Below, piece after piece: positions 8,453 through 17,954 of a stretch of 64,000 nt of DNA. Within the stretch, counting starts at the first letter, position 1, and each line of letters starts with the position of its first letter. The notes under the pieces were generated by a model, which saw nothing but the letters and a program-made list of their open reading frames with translations, made no database searches and was not told where the DNA came from. Source of the stretch: an uncultured Actinomycetes bacterium. GTDB taxonomy: Bacteria; Actinomycetota; Acidimicrobiia; IMCC26256; PALSA-610. The stretch is from assembly GCA_963841195.1 (NCBI GenBank), contig CAWJBX010000014.1:335914-399913 (forward strand). Reading direction: 5' to 3'. Position numbers and translations under genes: made by a program.

Positions 8453-9376
8453 ATGAAACCGATCAGATCGTCTGCCGCGCTTGTCGCGATCGTTGCCGCG
8501 GCCGGCTTGATAACCGGTTGCGGAAGCAGTTCGAAGAACAGTTCGGGTTCGAGTGGCACCACGGCCACGACCGCGCCCGCCGCGTTCACCATGACTGTGC
8601 ACGCCGGCGATTACTCGTACACCGGATTACCCGCCACGATTCCTGCCGGGCTCGTCAAGGCGACGTTCGTGAACGATGGTCAGGTCGACCACGAGATGGC
8701 CTTCATCAAGGTCGCGACGGGCGCTACGACGAAGACCGTGCTCGACAACCTCGGGAAGATCATCAGCGACGGCGCACCGTTCTCGTCGTCGCTCCTCGCG
8801 GCGAACGGCGTGGGCGAAACGGCGGCCGGTAAGACGGTCGAGTCGGAATTCAATCTCACACCGGGCCAGTACATCGTTGCCTGCACGCTCACCGGCGTCG
8901 TCGGCAGTAGCTCCGATGGGCCGCCGCACTTCACGCGCGGCATGTACAAAGAAGTGACCGTCACCGGAAGCGGCGGAACGACCGTACCGACCGCGGCTGC
9001 AACGATTGTCGCGCACGACTACTCGTTCGACTTGAACGGATTGAAGCCCGGCGAGCAGACCGTGGCGTTCTCGAATGACGGCCCGAACCAGTGGCACTTC
9101 GCCGACATTCTCGGATTCCCGAAGGGCATCACGGTGTCGCAAGCCGAAAGCGAGATTCCGAAACTGCTTGCGTCGCAAGGCCCGCCCCCCGCAGGCATCA
9201 CTCCTCCCGAGTCGGTAGCGGGATCGCAGATCGCGAGTCCTGGGTACGGGAACACGTTCTCGGCGACGTTCGAATCAGGCCGGACCTACGTGGTGCTGTG
9301 CTTCGTCAGCGACAAGTCGGGCGGTCCGCCGCACGCAATCGCCCACAAGATGTACAAGGTCTTCACGGTGTCATAA
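8453..9376 (+). CDS. Lipoprotein with two cupredoxin-like domains
   Basis: Lipobox ITGC; internal repeat, each copy with H..C..GPPH-x4/5-M. Confidence 0.8.
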   Translation: MKPIRSSAALVAIVAAAGLITGCGSSSKNSSGSSGTTATTAPAAFTMTVHAGDYSYTGLPATIPAGLVKATFVNDGQVDHEMAFIKVATGATTKTVLDNLGKIISDGAPFSSSLLAANGVGETAAGKTVESEFNLTPGQYIVACTLTGVVGSSSDGPPHFTRGMYKEVTVTGSGGTTVPTAAATIVAHDYSFDLNGLKPGEQTVAFSNDGPNQWHFADILGFPKGITVSQAESEIPKLLASQGPPPAGITPPESVAGSQIASPGYGNTFSATFESGRTYVVLCFVSDKSGGPPHAIAHKMYKVFTVS

Positions 9377-9398
9377 GCACTCGTGAGCACTTCGCCGG

Positions 9399-9421
9399 CG
9401 CCCCGGGTTCCGCCCGGGGCG
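9399..9421. terminator. GC-rich hairpin after the cupredoxin gene
   Basis: cgccccggg-ttccg-cccggggcg. Confidence 0.6.
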
Positions 9422-9429
9422 TTGTGCGC

Positions 9430-9519
9430 GTGCAGAACTTCGACGAGGTCCGAGTGGTCGGCCATGACCTGGCCGATGTTCTTGTACGCCGACAGGATCT
9501 CGTCGACCAAAGCGTTGGC
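9430..9519 (-). pseudogene. rtcB: Fragment of the RtcB RNA ligase C-terminus
   Basis: ALVDEILSAYKNIGQVMADHSDLVEVLH matches RtcB C-terminal DE.P.AYK.I..VM..Q.DLV. Confidence 0.7.
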
Positions 9520-9548
9520 GGTGCGCGTGGAACGGAGTTGTAGCGGTT

Positions 9549-10040
9549 TTACTCCTGGCTGTTGCCGTCACCGCCGTGGTCGTGACCGGGTCCGTGACCA
9601 TGGCCGTGACTGCCGTGACCGTGATTGCCGTGATGTCCGTTGTCGCCCTGGTCGTCGTCGCCTTGGTGCTTGTCGCCTTGTCCGGGCGCACCGCAGTGAC
9701 AGTGGTTCTTGTCGCCGTAACCGTTTCCGGGCTTGCATGGGACACTCGTCGACGTCGTCGCCATGGTCGTGGTCGAGCTCACAGTGGATGTCGACGAGTC
9801 GACCACCGTGCTCGACGTGTCGCTCGTGTCGCTGGTTTCGTCGGTCGGCGGATCGGTTGCGTCCGTCGGCGCGTCGGTCGACGAAGAGGGATCAACCGAA
9901 TCGTCGCTCGCGGTAACGACATGCGAGTGATGAGGAACGGCTGCTCCCGCGCCGCCGGTGGCGGCCCAGGCCGCGCCTCCCGACAGGAGCGCGACCGAAA
10001 CCGCGGAAACAAGGCTGAGAAGACGGCGACGCCGCACCAT
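9549..10040 (-). CDS. Secreted low-complexity protein with CKPGNGYGDKNHCHC motif and His/Gly-rich tail
   Basis: Signal peptide (RRRR + hydrophobic + AWA), Ser/Thr/Asp linker, His-rich C-terminus. Confidence 0.75.
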   Translation of the reverse strand: MVRRRRLLSLVSAVSVALLSGGAAWAATGGAGAAVPHHSHVVTASDDSVDPSSSTDAPTDATDPPTDETSDTSDTSSTVVDSSTSTVSSTTTMATTSTSVPCKPGNGYGDKNHCHCGAPGQGDKHQGDDDQGDNGHHGNHGHGSHGHGHGPGHDHGGDGNSQE

Positions 10041-10156
10041 TGAACAATCCCCTTTGGGCAAGGCCCTCAGGCGCGGTCATCGGCATCAGCGCCCCGAAAT
10101 CTGAAGCGCGCCCGCGGACTGGCGCGTACCTGTTGCGATCGCGCAGCATCTGCCCC

Positions 10157-11424
10157 GTGCCCAGCGACTTCGTGCTCGGTCAGCCCGACTTCTTCGCCGT
10201 CGGCCCGGCGTCAGCGCCGGCCGCGCTCGACATGGGCTCGGGCATCTGGTGCTCGCCGGGTATGTCGTCGAGCTATCTGATCACGACGAGCGACGGACGC
10301 ATCGTGGTCAACACCGGCATGTGGTTCGAAGGCCGTACCCACAAGCGCAACTACGACGCGGTCACGACCGCGCCGACACGCTACATCGTGTTGACGCAGA
10401 GCCACACCGACCACATCGGCGGCGTCGACACGTTTCGCGAGCCCGGCACGCAACTGATCGCGCAAGCGAACATCGACACGTGCCAGGCCGACGACGAACG
10501 CATCCACGGCCTTCCGCATCCGGCGGTCACTGCCGTTCTTCGCCGACGTCATGGGCCAGCCCGGGTTCGCGCGCGGCGACGACGCGACCATTCCGCCGCT
10601 ACCCGCACCGGCTCACGCCGACATCACCTTCGACGATCGTTACGCGTTCGCGTGCGGCGACCGGCACGTCGAGCTCATCAGCGTGCCCGGCGGCGAGACC
10701 ATCGACTCGCTCGTCGTCTGGCTCCCCGACGTCGGGTCGCGCTCGTCGGCAACATGTTCTCCGCACTGTTCGGCCACTTCCCGAACCTGGTGACGATGCG
10801 CGGCGACCGCATGCGCAGCGCGCTCGCGTTCGTCGAGTCCGTGCAACGGGTCATCGACCTCGAACCCGAATGCTGCTACTCGGTCACCACGGACCGGTGC
10901 AGGGCGCGGCAACGGTGCGACGCGAGTGCGAACGCATCCGCGATGCAGTGCCGTACGTGCACGACGCGACCGTCGCCGCCATGAACGACGGCGTCGACGT
11001 GTGGACGGCGATGCGCACGATCCGCGTGCCTGCCGAATTCGATCTCGCCGAAGGCGTACGGCCGCGTCGACTGGAGTGTGCGCGCGATCTGGGAGACGTA
11101 CGCCGGTTGGTTCCACCAGCACTCGACGCGCGAGCTGTACGGCGCCAGTCCGGCTGACGGCGCGGGCGAGATCGTCGCGCTCGCCGGCGGGACCGACGCG
11201 GTGGCGACACGCGCGTCGGCGCTCGCCGAATCCGACCCGCTGACTGCAATCCAGTTGTGCGAGCTCGCCCTCGCGGTCGACGCCGGCCACCGCGACGCGC
11301 TGCTCGCGTACCGACGCGCGCACGAGCAGCTCCTCGCACGAGCACGGGACGCGACAACTTCTGGCTCACGAAATGGCTCGAAGGCGAAGTCCGCAGCGCC
11401 ACGAACCGGCTGGCGCGCCCGTGA
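10157..11424 (+). CDS. MBL-fold hydrolase, alkyl sulfatase-like (about 5 frameshifts)
   Basis: TQSHTDHIGG, PGGETIDS..VWLP, FPNLVT.RGDR, GHHGP, RAIWETYAGWF, NFWLTKWL pieced together across frames. Confidence 0.8.
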
Positions 11425-12675
11425 GCGAAGTCGTCGTCATCGACGACCTGCGCGTGCCGCGACTCGATGCGGGCCAGCGCGCCGCGCTCGACTACGTCGC
11501 GACGCTCGACTGCTCGTTCGATGTCGACCGGATGCTCGAGGACGCAACGACGCGCGCCGGCTGCGACGACTTCGGCGACCCCGCGTTTCGCACGCGCCTC
11601 GACGCGATGGTCGCCGCGGTCGAAGCCGACACCGGGCTCGGGCCATTCGGCCGATTCGCCGTTCACCAGCGCACGGTGCGGCTCTTGACCCAGCGCCTGC
11701 TCGTCACGAATCTGTTACAGCGGCGCCCCGAGATCCTCGAGATTGAAATCGTCGCTCCGATCATCGTCATCGGGCTGCCCCGCTCGGGCACGACGCATCT
11801 CGTCAACCTCATCGCGGCCGACACGCGCCTGCGTTCGCTCCCCTACTGGGAGAGCCGCGAACCGTGCCCGCAACCCGGCGACGGCGTCGGGCGCGACGGC
11901 GTCGATCCGCGCTACGCGCGTTGCGAACGCGAGTACGAGGCCCAGATCGCGATGGTGCCCCTGCTCCGTGCGATGCACCACCAATACCCGAGCGCGATCG
12001 AGGAAGAGATCGAGCTCGAAGATCTCGACTTCGCTTCGTACACGCTCGAATGGTTGGCGCGCGTGCCGGCATGGCGCGACTTCTATCTCGGGCTCGACCA
12101 AGCGCGCGCACTACGCGTACATGAAGAAGGTGCTGCAGGTGTGCACGTACTTCCGCGGCCCAACGCGCTGGGTCTTGAAGTCACCCCAGCATCTCGAACA
12201 GATTCCGGCGTTGCTGGCGACATTCCCGAACGCGACCTTCGCGGTCACGCATCGCGACCCGGTTTCGGTGCTGCAGTCGGCCGTCACGATGCTCGCGTAC
12301 GGCGACCGTATGCGCCGCACGACAATCGAACCGGAAGCACTCGCTGCCTATTGGGTCGACCGGATCGGTCGTTTGCTCGATGCCTGCACGCGCGATCGCG
12401 ACCTGCTGCCCGCGGCCCGCAGCATCGACGTGCTCTTCGACGAGTTCATGGACGACGACGTCGCGATGGTCGAGCGCATCTACGCGCAGAACTCGCTGGA
12501 ACTGACCGGTCCGGCGAGAAAGCAGATCGCCGCGTTCCTCGCAGATCATCAACGCGGCATGCACGGCACGATCGCGTACGACTTGCGGGGCGACTTCGGT
12601 CTCGATCCGGCCGACGTCCGCGCCCGTTTCGCCGGGTACGTGGAGCGCTTCGACGTGACAACGGAGGTCGAATGA
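11421..12675 (+). CDS. Sulfotransferase family protein (frameshift near 12105)
   Basis: GLPRSGTTHL PAPS loop, WVLKSPQHL, THRDP; GTGA overlap with the upstream gene. Confidence 0.88.
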
Positions 12676-13412
12676 GTGCGGTGACGTTCGACTTTTCAGC
12701 GCGCCACGTCCTCGTCACCGGCGGGACCTCGGGCATCGGGCTCGCGATCGCGCGCGCGTTCGAGACCGCTCGTGCGCGCGTCACGATCACCGGCCGCCGC
12801 GCCGCTGCATCCGAGTACGACGTCGATCTCTCGCCGTTTTCGTATCACCAGTGCCGCATGAGCGAATCCGCCGACATCGAACGCCTCGCCGGCGGCATCG
12901 ACGAACTCGACGTCCTCGTCAACAACGCGGGCGAAAACCTTCCGGGCGGAAAGAGCGAGTGGGATCCGGAAGTCTTCGAAGCTGCGGTCACAGCAAACCT
13001 GTTCGGCGCGTTCCGGCTCACGACGACGCTCCGCCCGCTGCTTGCCGCGAGCACAAACGCGGCGGTCGTCAATCTCGCGTCGATGTCGTCGTACTTCGGG
13101 ATGGAGATCGTGCCCGGATACGGCGCGGCCAAAGCCGCCATCGTGCAGATGACGAAGACGCTCGCGGTGTCATGGGCGCGCGACGGCATTCGCGTCAACG
13201 CAGTCGCACCCGGAATCGTCGAGACGAACATGACGGCACCGATGCTCGGCATCGACGCGATGACCGCGCCGTTGATGGCGCGTACGCCGATGGCGCGCTT
13301 CGCGTCGCCCGAAGAGGTCGCACCCGTCGTGCTCTTTCTCGCGAGCCCGGGTGCGAGCTACATCACCGGCCAAACGCTGCCTGTCGACGGCGGCTTCTCC
13401 GTAATGGGCTAG
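12672..13412 (+). CDS. SDR oxidoreductase
   Basis: TGGTSGIG, NNAG, YGAAK, VDGG; ATGA overlap. Confidence 0.93.
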   Translation: MSAVTFDFSARHVLVTGGTSGIGLAIARAFETARARVTITGRRAAASEYDVDLSPFSYHQCRMSESADIERLAGGIDELDVLVNNAGENLPGGKSEWDPEVFEAAVTANLFGAFRLTTTLRPLLAASTNAAVVNLASMSSYFGMEIVPGYGAAKAAIVQMTKTLAVSWARDGIRVNAVAPGIVETNMTAPMLGIDAMTAPLMARTPMARFASPEEVAPVVLFLASPGASYITGQTLPVDGGFSVMG

Positions 13413-13909
13413 TCCCGCCACGGCATGAGCGACATCATCATCCCGTCGGGGTCTTCGACCAGTTCCGCGTAGAGACCGACCTGGTTCCACGTGTCGACGT
13501 AACAAAACCGCAAGCTGCCGAACGTGCTGCCCATCAAGCGCGGGCAGCCGCATTGCTCGGCGAGCGCGACGATCTCGTCGAGGTCGTCGACCAGATAGCC
13601 GGCGTGATGAAGGCCGGGACCGTTCGCCGCGAGGAACTCGGCGTGCAGGCCCGGTCCGCGCACCGGTTGAATCAGCTCGATTTGCGAGTTGCCGCTGCGC
13701 GCGAAGCCGATCGCGAGCGCGGCCGTGATGCGTTCGCCGCGCAGGTCGTACTGCAAATCGGTCGCCGGGAGCTCGGCGAATTCCGAACAGCCGAGCGACG
13801 ATCGCATTGCCTCTTCGGTCGCGGCCAAGTCGGCGACCACCCATGCCTGCTGGAACAACCCCGGTGTGATGCGACCGAAGAGCGGCCCGACGTCTGCCAC
13901 GGCCCTCAT
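13409..13909 (-). CDS. VOC family protein (methylmalonyl-CoA epimerase-like)
   Basis: QIELIQP, GPGLHHAGY, FCYVDT, ELVE. Confidence 0.88.
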   Translation of the reverse strand: MRAVADVGPLFGRITPGLFQQAWVVADLAATEEAMRSSLGCSEFAELPATDLQYDLRGERITAALAIGFARSGNSQIELIQPVRGPGLHAEFLAANGPGLHHAGYLVDDLDEIVALAEQCGCPRLMGSTFGSLRFCYVDTWNQVGLYAELVEDPDGMMMSLMPWRD

Positions 13910-13952
13910 CCTCGCAAAGTCCCGGCATCACGATCCATTGCGGCGGTCGCAA

Positions 13953-13970
13953 GCTACGCAAACGCGTGAT
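13953..13970 (+). promoter_or_regulatory. LuxR-type box A (GCTACG-N6-CGTGAT)
   Basis: 22 nt before TAGCGT, then 7 nt to ATG 14006. Confidence 0.7.
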
Positions 13971-14005
13971 TGGATCCTGAGGCCCGAGCGCGTAGCGTGC
14001 GCGGC

Positions 14006-14182
14006 ATGCCGACATACCGCATGGTCTATGGGGACGACGCCGAGGTCAGGGACGAGACCCTCCGCGACGTCGATGTGGAACGTGAAGACGGATGGGTCGT
14101 GTTCTTTCGTGGGAAGGAAGCGGTTCTCCGCGTACAAGAAGCGCACGTAAAGTCGCTCGACATCGTGAGCGACGAGTCCTGA
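14006..14182 (+). CDS. Small hypothetical protein (58 aa)
   Basis: Leaderless promoter geometry; beta-rich sequence MPTYRMVYGD..EDGWVVFFRG. Confidence 0.7.
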   Translation: MPTYRMVYGDDAEVRDETLRDVDVEREDGWVVFFRGKEAVLRVQEAHVKSLDIVSDES

Positions 14183-14189
14183 CGCCCCG

Positions 14190-14582
14190 TTAGGAAGTCT
14201 CGGCCGCGATCCCGGCAATGACGGCGACCCCGCGCAACGCGTCCGTTTCGGGAGCCGAGAGACCATGGCGATCGGCAAGAAACTCAGGTGTGTTGTAGCT
14301 CACGAACACCTCGCCGGGACCGCGTTCCCAGATCAAGAGCTTCAACGGCAGATCGAGCGCGAGTTCGGGATGCGCAAGCATCAACGGCGTGCCGTGCAAC
14401 GGACTCCCGAAGATCACCAGCTTGGTCTCAGGCATCGTCAGCCCGACCTCGGCCGCCTCACCGCTGTGGTCGACGACCGAAAAGATCGTGAGTTGCCGCG
14501 CTTCGATTTCGGCAACGACCCGGCGCAGCACCTGTTCCACCGGTTGCCGGCACGGAAGCGTTGTTATCCCTGCCTGCTCCAC
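14190..14582 (-). CDS. DUF302 domain protein
   Basis: FSVVDHSGEA..LVIFGSP..GTPLM..LDLPLKLLIWE. Confidence 0.88.
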   Translation of the reverse strand: MEQAGITTLPCRQPVEQVLRRVVAEIEARQLTIFSVVDHSGEAAEVGLTMPETKLVIFGSPLHGTPLMLAHPELALDLPLKLLIWERGPGEVFVSYNTPEFLADRHGLSAPETDALRGVAVIAGIAAETS

Positions 14583-14628
14583 CCGGCGAGCGTAAGGAAC
14601 ACGATCGCGGCTCGAATCCCGGAAGTGC

Positions 14629-17373
14629 TTAGTCGTTCGCGATGGCGCCCGCGAGCGCACGCCGCGAGGTGATGCCGAGTTTTCGGTACACCTTGCGCAA
14701 GTGGTACTCGACCGTGCTGGCGCTGATGAACAATTGCGCTGCGATCTCGGGGTTCGTACCTCCGGCCGCGGCCAGCGCGGCAATCTGGCTCTCTTGCGGC
14801 GTCAAGTCGTCACGAGTTTCGTCAACCCGCTTGCGCGCGGTTTCTCCAGTTGCAAGCAGCTCGACTCGGGCGCGTTCGGCGAACGCAGTGGCGCCCTGTT
14901 CGGTGAACAGATCGAGTGCGAGCCGGAGGAATTCGCGCGCGTCTCGACGCCGTTTCTGGCGCCGGAGCCACTCGCCGTAAAGCAGCTGGGCACGCGCGAG
15001 ATGGAGCATGCCGCCGTTCTCGCGCAGGCAATCGATCGACTCCTGATACTGCGACTCCGCCTCGGAGCCCGCGGCGAGCAGCGCGCGCGACCGCGCCAAA
15101 AGACCCCGCTCGTAGGGCATTTTCGTGGCCACCGCGAGTTCCTCGAGCCAGTCGAGAAATTCGCGGGCGTCGTCGGGTTCGCCCGCCCGCACGCGCGCCT
15201 CGACCGCGTCGGAGCAGATCAACGCGCTCTCGGCGATGTCGTCCTTCCAGCCGTCGGTGACTGCGTTGGTCGCGGCGCGGTAGTTGCCGAGTGAGAGCTC
15301 GAGCGTCCCGATCCCGACGGCGGAGAGCGACGCGCTCCACCCCAGCTGACGTTCGCGGGCGTTCGCTTGAATGAAGGCCGCCGCGGCGCGAGCGCGTTCC
15401 TCGTCGCCCCGCCACGTGAGCACGAGCATCTCGCCGATCGTTCCCGAGTTGTAGATCGACCGCACCTGTTGCAGCACCGCCTCTTCGGCGAAACAGGTAT
15501 CGGCGCGTGCGAGCGTGCCGGCGCGCAGTTCGAGCAATCCGACGTAGTGCAGCGCCTCGCCGAGGTGATTCAAGGCACCCATCGCGCGCGAAAGCGCGAT
15601 GTATTCGTTGCCGAGTTTGAATCCGGCTACGTGGTCGCCGACTGCATAGGCCGCCCAAAGGCCGAACGACATGCGTCTCGGTATTTCCCGCATCGCGGGA
15701 TCGATGAGGATCGCGTCGAGGGCACGACGCAGCACCGGCGCCGCCATTGCCGGACCGGACAAGTAGTACTCCGCGAGACCGTCGAGCACGAGATCGGTCG
15801 ACGTCGGCGCTTCGCCGTCGGGGAGCGGCATCGATTTGGCCGCGCGCGCAACGTCTTGTACGCCGGCCGCCGACCATTTCCCGAACCACACGGACATCAA
15901 GAGCGCGTCGAGCACCGTCTCGCGCGCCTCACGCACGTCGTACGCGTGCAGCGCGTTGGCCGCTTCGAGCATGATCGCGGGTGACTGTCCACCTTTGCCG
16001 AGCGCGAAGTCGATGCCGCCTTCCAGCCGGCGGGCCTGGGCGTTGACGAACGCATCGTTCAACATCGGTTTCGCAAGGTCGAGCGTCGCCCGGGCGTTGA
16101 TCGGCTGGCCCGCGGTGAGATCGGCAGCCGCGGCGCGCAGGAAACGAATGCCACGCGCGGTCGGGTCGGGCGTGAGCTGCGCGGCGCGCGTCAACAACGC
16201 AGCCGTCGACGCGAATCCGCCCTGGTGGCTGGCACGATCGGCGGCGGCGTCGAGCTCGGCGGCGACCTCTTCGTCGGGTGCCAGCGTCGCGGCGGCGCGG
16301 TGCCACGCGTGCCGGTCGGGATCGAGCGCGATTTCGGTTGCTTCCGCGAGTGCGGCATGCGTGCGCCGGCGCTCGCTGTCCTTCGCTCCGTGGTAGATCG
16401 CCTCGCGAATCAGAGGATGGCGAAAACTGATCGGCGGCCCGAAGTTCACAAGGTCGGCCGCTTCGGCTTCTTTCGCCGCGTCTTCGTCGAAATCCAGTGC
16501 CGCACCCACGCGCCAAAGCAGGACCGGATTGCCCGTGGGATCGGCAGCTGCCGCGAGCAAGAGCCGTTGGGTGGGTGGCGGAAGCGCGCGCACTTGGCGC
16601 ATGAAGCGCGTCTCGAGTTGGCGGTCGAACGCAAGCGGCTGCGGGAGCAACGCCGCACCGGGCGACGCGCGTTGTGTCAGTTCGCGAGTGAGTTCGACGA
16701 TCGCGAGCGGGTTGCCGCGCGCGTCGGCAAGCACGCGGGTTCGCATGTCGTCGTCGACCGGACCGCCGACGACTGCTTCCATGAGTTCGACGCATGCGCG
16801 CCGCGTCAGCGGACCGACTTCGAGTGCGGGCAGCCCGTCGACCGCGAGTTCGCGCTCGGTTGGCAACCGAACGCCAATCAGCACACCGATTCGGTCCGCG
16901 TAGAGACGGCGCACGACGAACGCGACCACGCTCTCACTCTCTTGATCGAGCCACTGGGCATCGTCGATCAACAGGAGCAGGCCGCGCTTGGTGGCCGCGG
17001 TGGCCAGCAGCGTCAGCGTCGCGAGCCCGACGAGAAATCGGTCGGCCGCGACCCCGTCACCCAAACCGAACGCCGCACGCAGCGCGTTGGCCTGCGGCTC
17101 CGGCAGCGACGCGACGTCCTCGAGGAACGGCAGCAACAGCTGATGCAGCGCCGCGAAGCGGAGGCTCATCTCCGATTCGATACCGATCACGCGCAGCACA
17201 TCGAGGTCGTCGGCACCGGCGACGACGTCGTCGAGCAACGCCGTCTTCCCGATCCCGGCTTCGCCCCGCACAACCAGCGCGGCGCTCATGCCGGCGCGCA
17301 CCGAAACGAGCACGTCGGCGAGCGCCTGGCGTTCTTCAACCCGCCCGACCAGCTCGATCGCGCACCCGTCCAT
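14629..17373 (-). CDS. Large ATP-binding LuxR (LAL) regulator 1
   Basis: Walker A GEAGIGKT, IDDAQWLD, GNPLA, FRHPL, C-terminal HTH ISASTVEYHLRKVYRKL. Confidence 0.93.
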   Translation of the reverse strand: MDGCAIELVGRVEERQALADVLVSVRAGMSAALVVRGEAGIGKTALLDDVVAGADDLDVLRVIGIESEMSLRFAALHQLLLPFLEDVASLPEPQANALRAAFGLGDGVAADRFLVGLATLTLLATAATKRGLLLLIDDAQWLDQESESVVAFVVRRLYADRIGVLIGVRLPTERELAVDGLPALEVGPLTRRACVELMEAVVGGPVDDDMRTRVLADARGNPLAIVELTRELTQRASPGAALLPQPLAFDRQLETRFMRQVRALPPPTQRLLLAAAADPTGNPVLLWRVGAALDFDEDAAKEAEAADLVNFGPPISFRHPLIREAIYHGAKDSERRRTHAALAEATEIALDPDRHAWHRAAATLAPDEEVAAELDAAADRASHQGGFASTAALLTRAAQLTPDPTARGIRFLRAAAADLTAGQPINARATLDLAKPMLNDAFVNAQARRLEGGIDFALGKGGQSPAIMLEAANALHAYDVREARETVLDALLMSVWFGKWSAAGVQDVARAAKSMPLPDGEAPTSTDLVLDGLAEYYLSGPAMAAPVLRRALDAILIDPAMREIPRRMSFGLWAAYAVGDHVAGFKLGNEYIALSRAMGALNHLGEALHYVGLLELRAGTLARADTCFAEEAVLQQVRSIYNSGTIGEMLVLTWRGDEERARAAAAFIQANARERQLGWSASLSAVGIGTLELSLGNYRAATNAVTDGWKDDIAESALICSDAVEARVRAGEPDDAREFLDWLEELAVATKMPYERGLLARSRALLAAGSEAESQYQESIDCLRENGGMLHLARAQLLYGEWLRRQKRRRDAREFLRLALDLFTEQGATAFAERARVELLATGETARKRVDETRDDLTPQESQIAALAAAGGTNPEIAAQLFISASTVEYHLRKVYRKLGITSRRALAGAIAND

Positions 17374-17484
17374 CGTTTTATTGTTGGCGCCTGCATCGAC
17401 ACGCGCAATGGTGCGTTTTGGCCGCGGACGCCGAGTTCGCGCGCTGAGCAGTTCCGGAGCCGCGGCCCGAAGTCCGCCGGGCCG

Positions 17485-17502
17485 ACTACGTGATCGCGGG
17501 AT
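17485..17502 (+). promoter_or_regulatory. LuxR-type box B (ACTACG-N6-CGGGAT)
   Basis: 22 nt before GAGGCT, then 7 nt to ATG 17538. Confidence 0.7.
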
Positions 17503-17537
17503 TCGAACCCGACGGTCGGCACGCGAGGCTGCCGACC

Positions 17538-17918
17538 ATGTGGAAACGCCGCACCGCACGCACTTCCGAACCGGTCGAGACCGCTGCCTTCTGTGAATGG
17601 GTGGCGAGCCTCCCCTACGTGACCCAGCGCGCTCACGGGTTCTCGTCGACCGTTTCGATCTTCGATATCGACTGCGCACCACTCGAACGGCGCATTACCT
17701 GGCTGATGGTCGACGGCGCGCCGGCCGTCGCCCGCGCGCCGGCGCGCATTTCGACGCTGCTTCCGCGGATGGTTGCCCGAGCGGCCGAACGATCGGGCCT
17801 TGGATGCTGCACCGCGCCTCGGCTCCCCGACCACGTCCTGTTCAGCGTCGACCCGCTCGCGCATCCGCGCGACGTCGAGTCCCTCGTGCTCGCTGCGTAC
17901 GGCGCAGCGATGTCGTGA
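17538..17918 (+). CDS. Hypothetical protein, paralog of 28352-28753 (possible YjbR/DUF5519-like fold)
   Basis: Shares F.EWV.SLP.V..R, C.PL.R...WL and D.E..VL.AYG.A with the paralog. Confidence 0.8.
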   Translation: MWKRRTARTSEPVETAAFCEWVASLPYVTQRAHGFSSTVSIFDIDCAPLERRITWLMVDGAPAVARAPARISTLLPRMVARAAERSGLGCCTAPRLPDHVLFSVDPLAHPRDVESLVLAAYGAAMS

Positions 17919-17954
17919 GCGCGAGTCGACGGCTTCGCTTCGTGAGGTGAAACT

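Noticed and set aside
9570-9670. Short ccgtga repeats as a CRISPR or other array
   Set aside because: They encode the His-Gly tail; no repeat-spacer structure or cas genes
11373-13412. 679-aa sulfotransferase-SDR fusion in the ORF track
   Set aside because: Produced by the frameshift near 12105; the real sulfotransferase C-terminus is in another frame and the SDR has its own RBS and ATG
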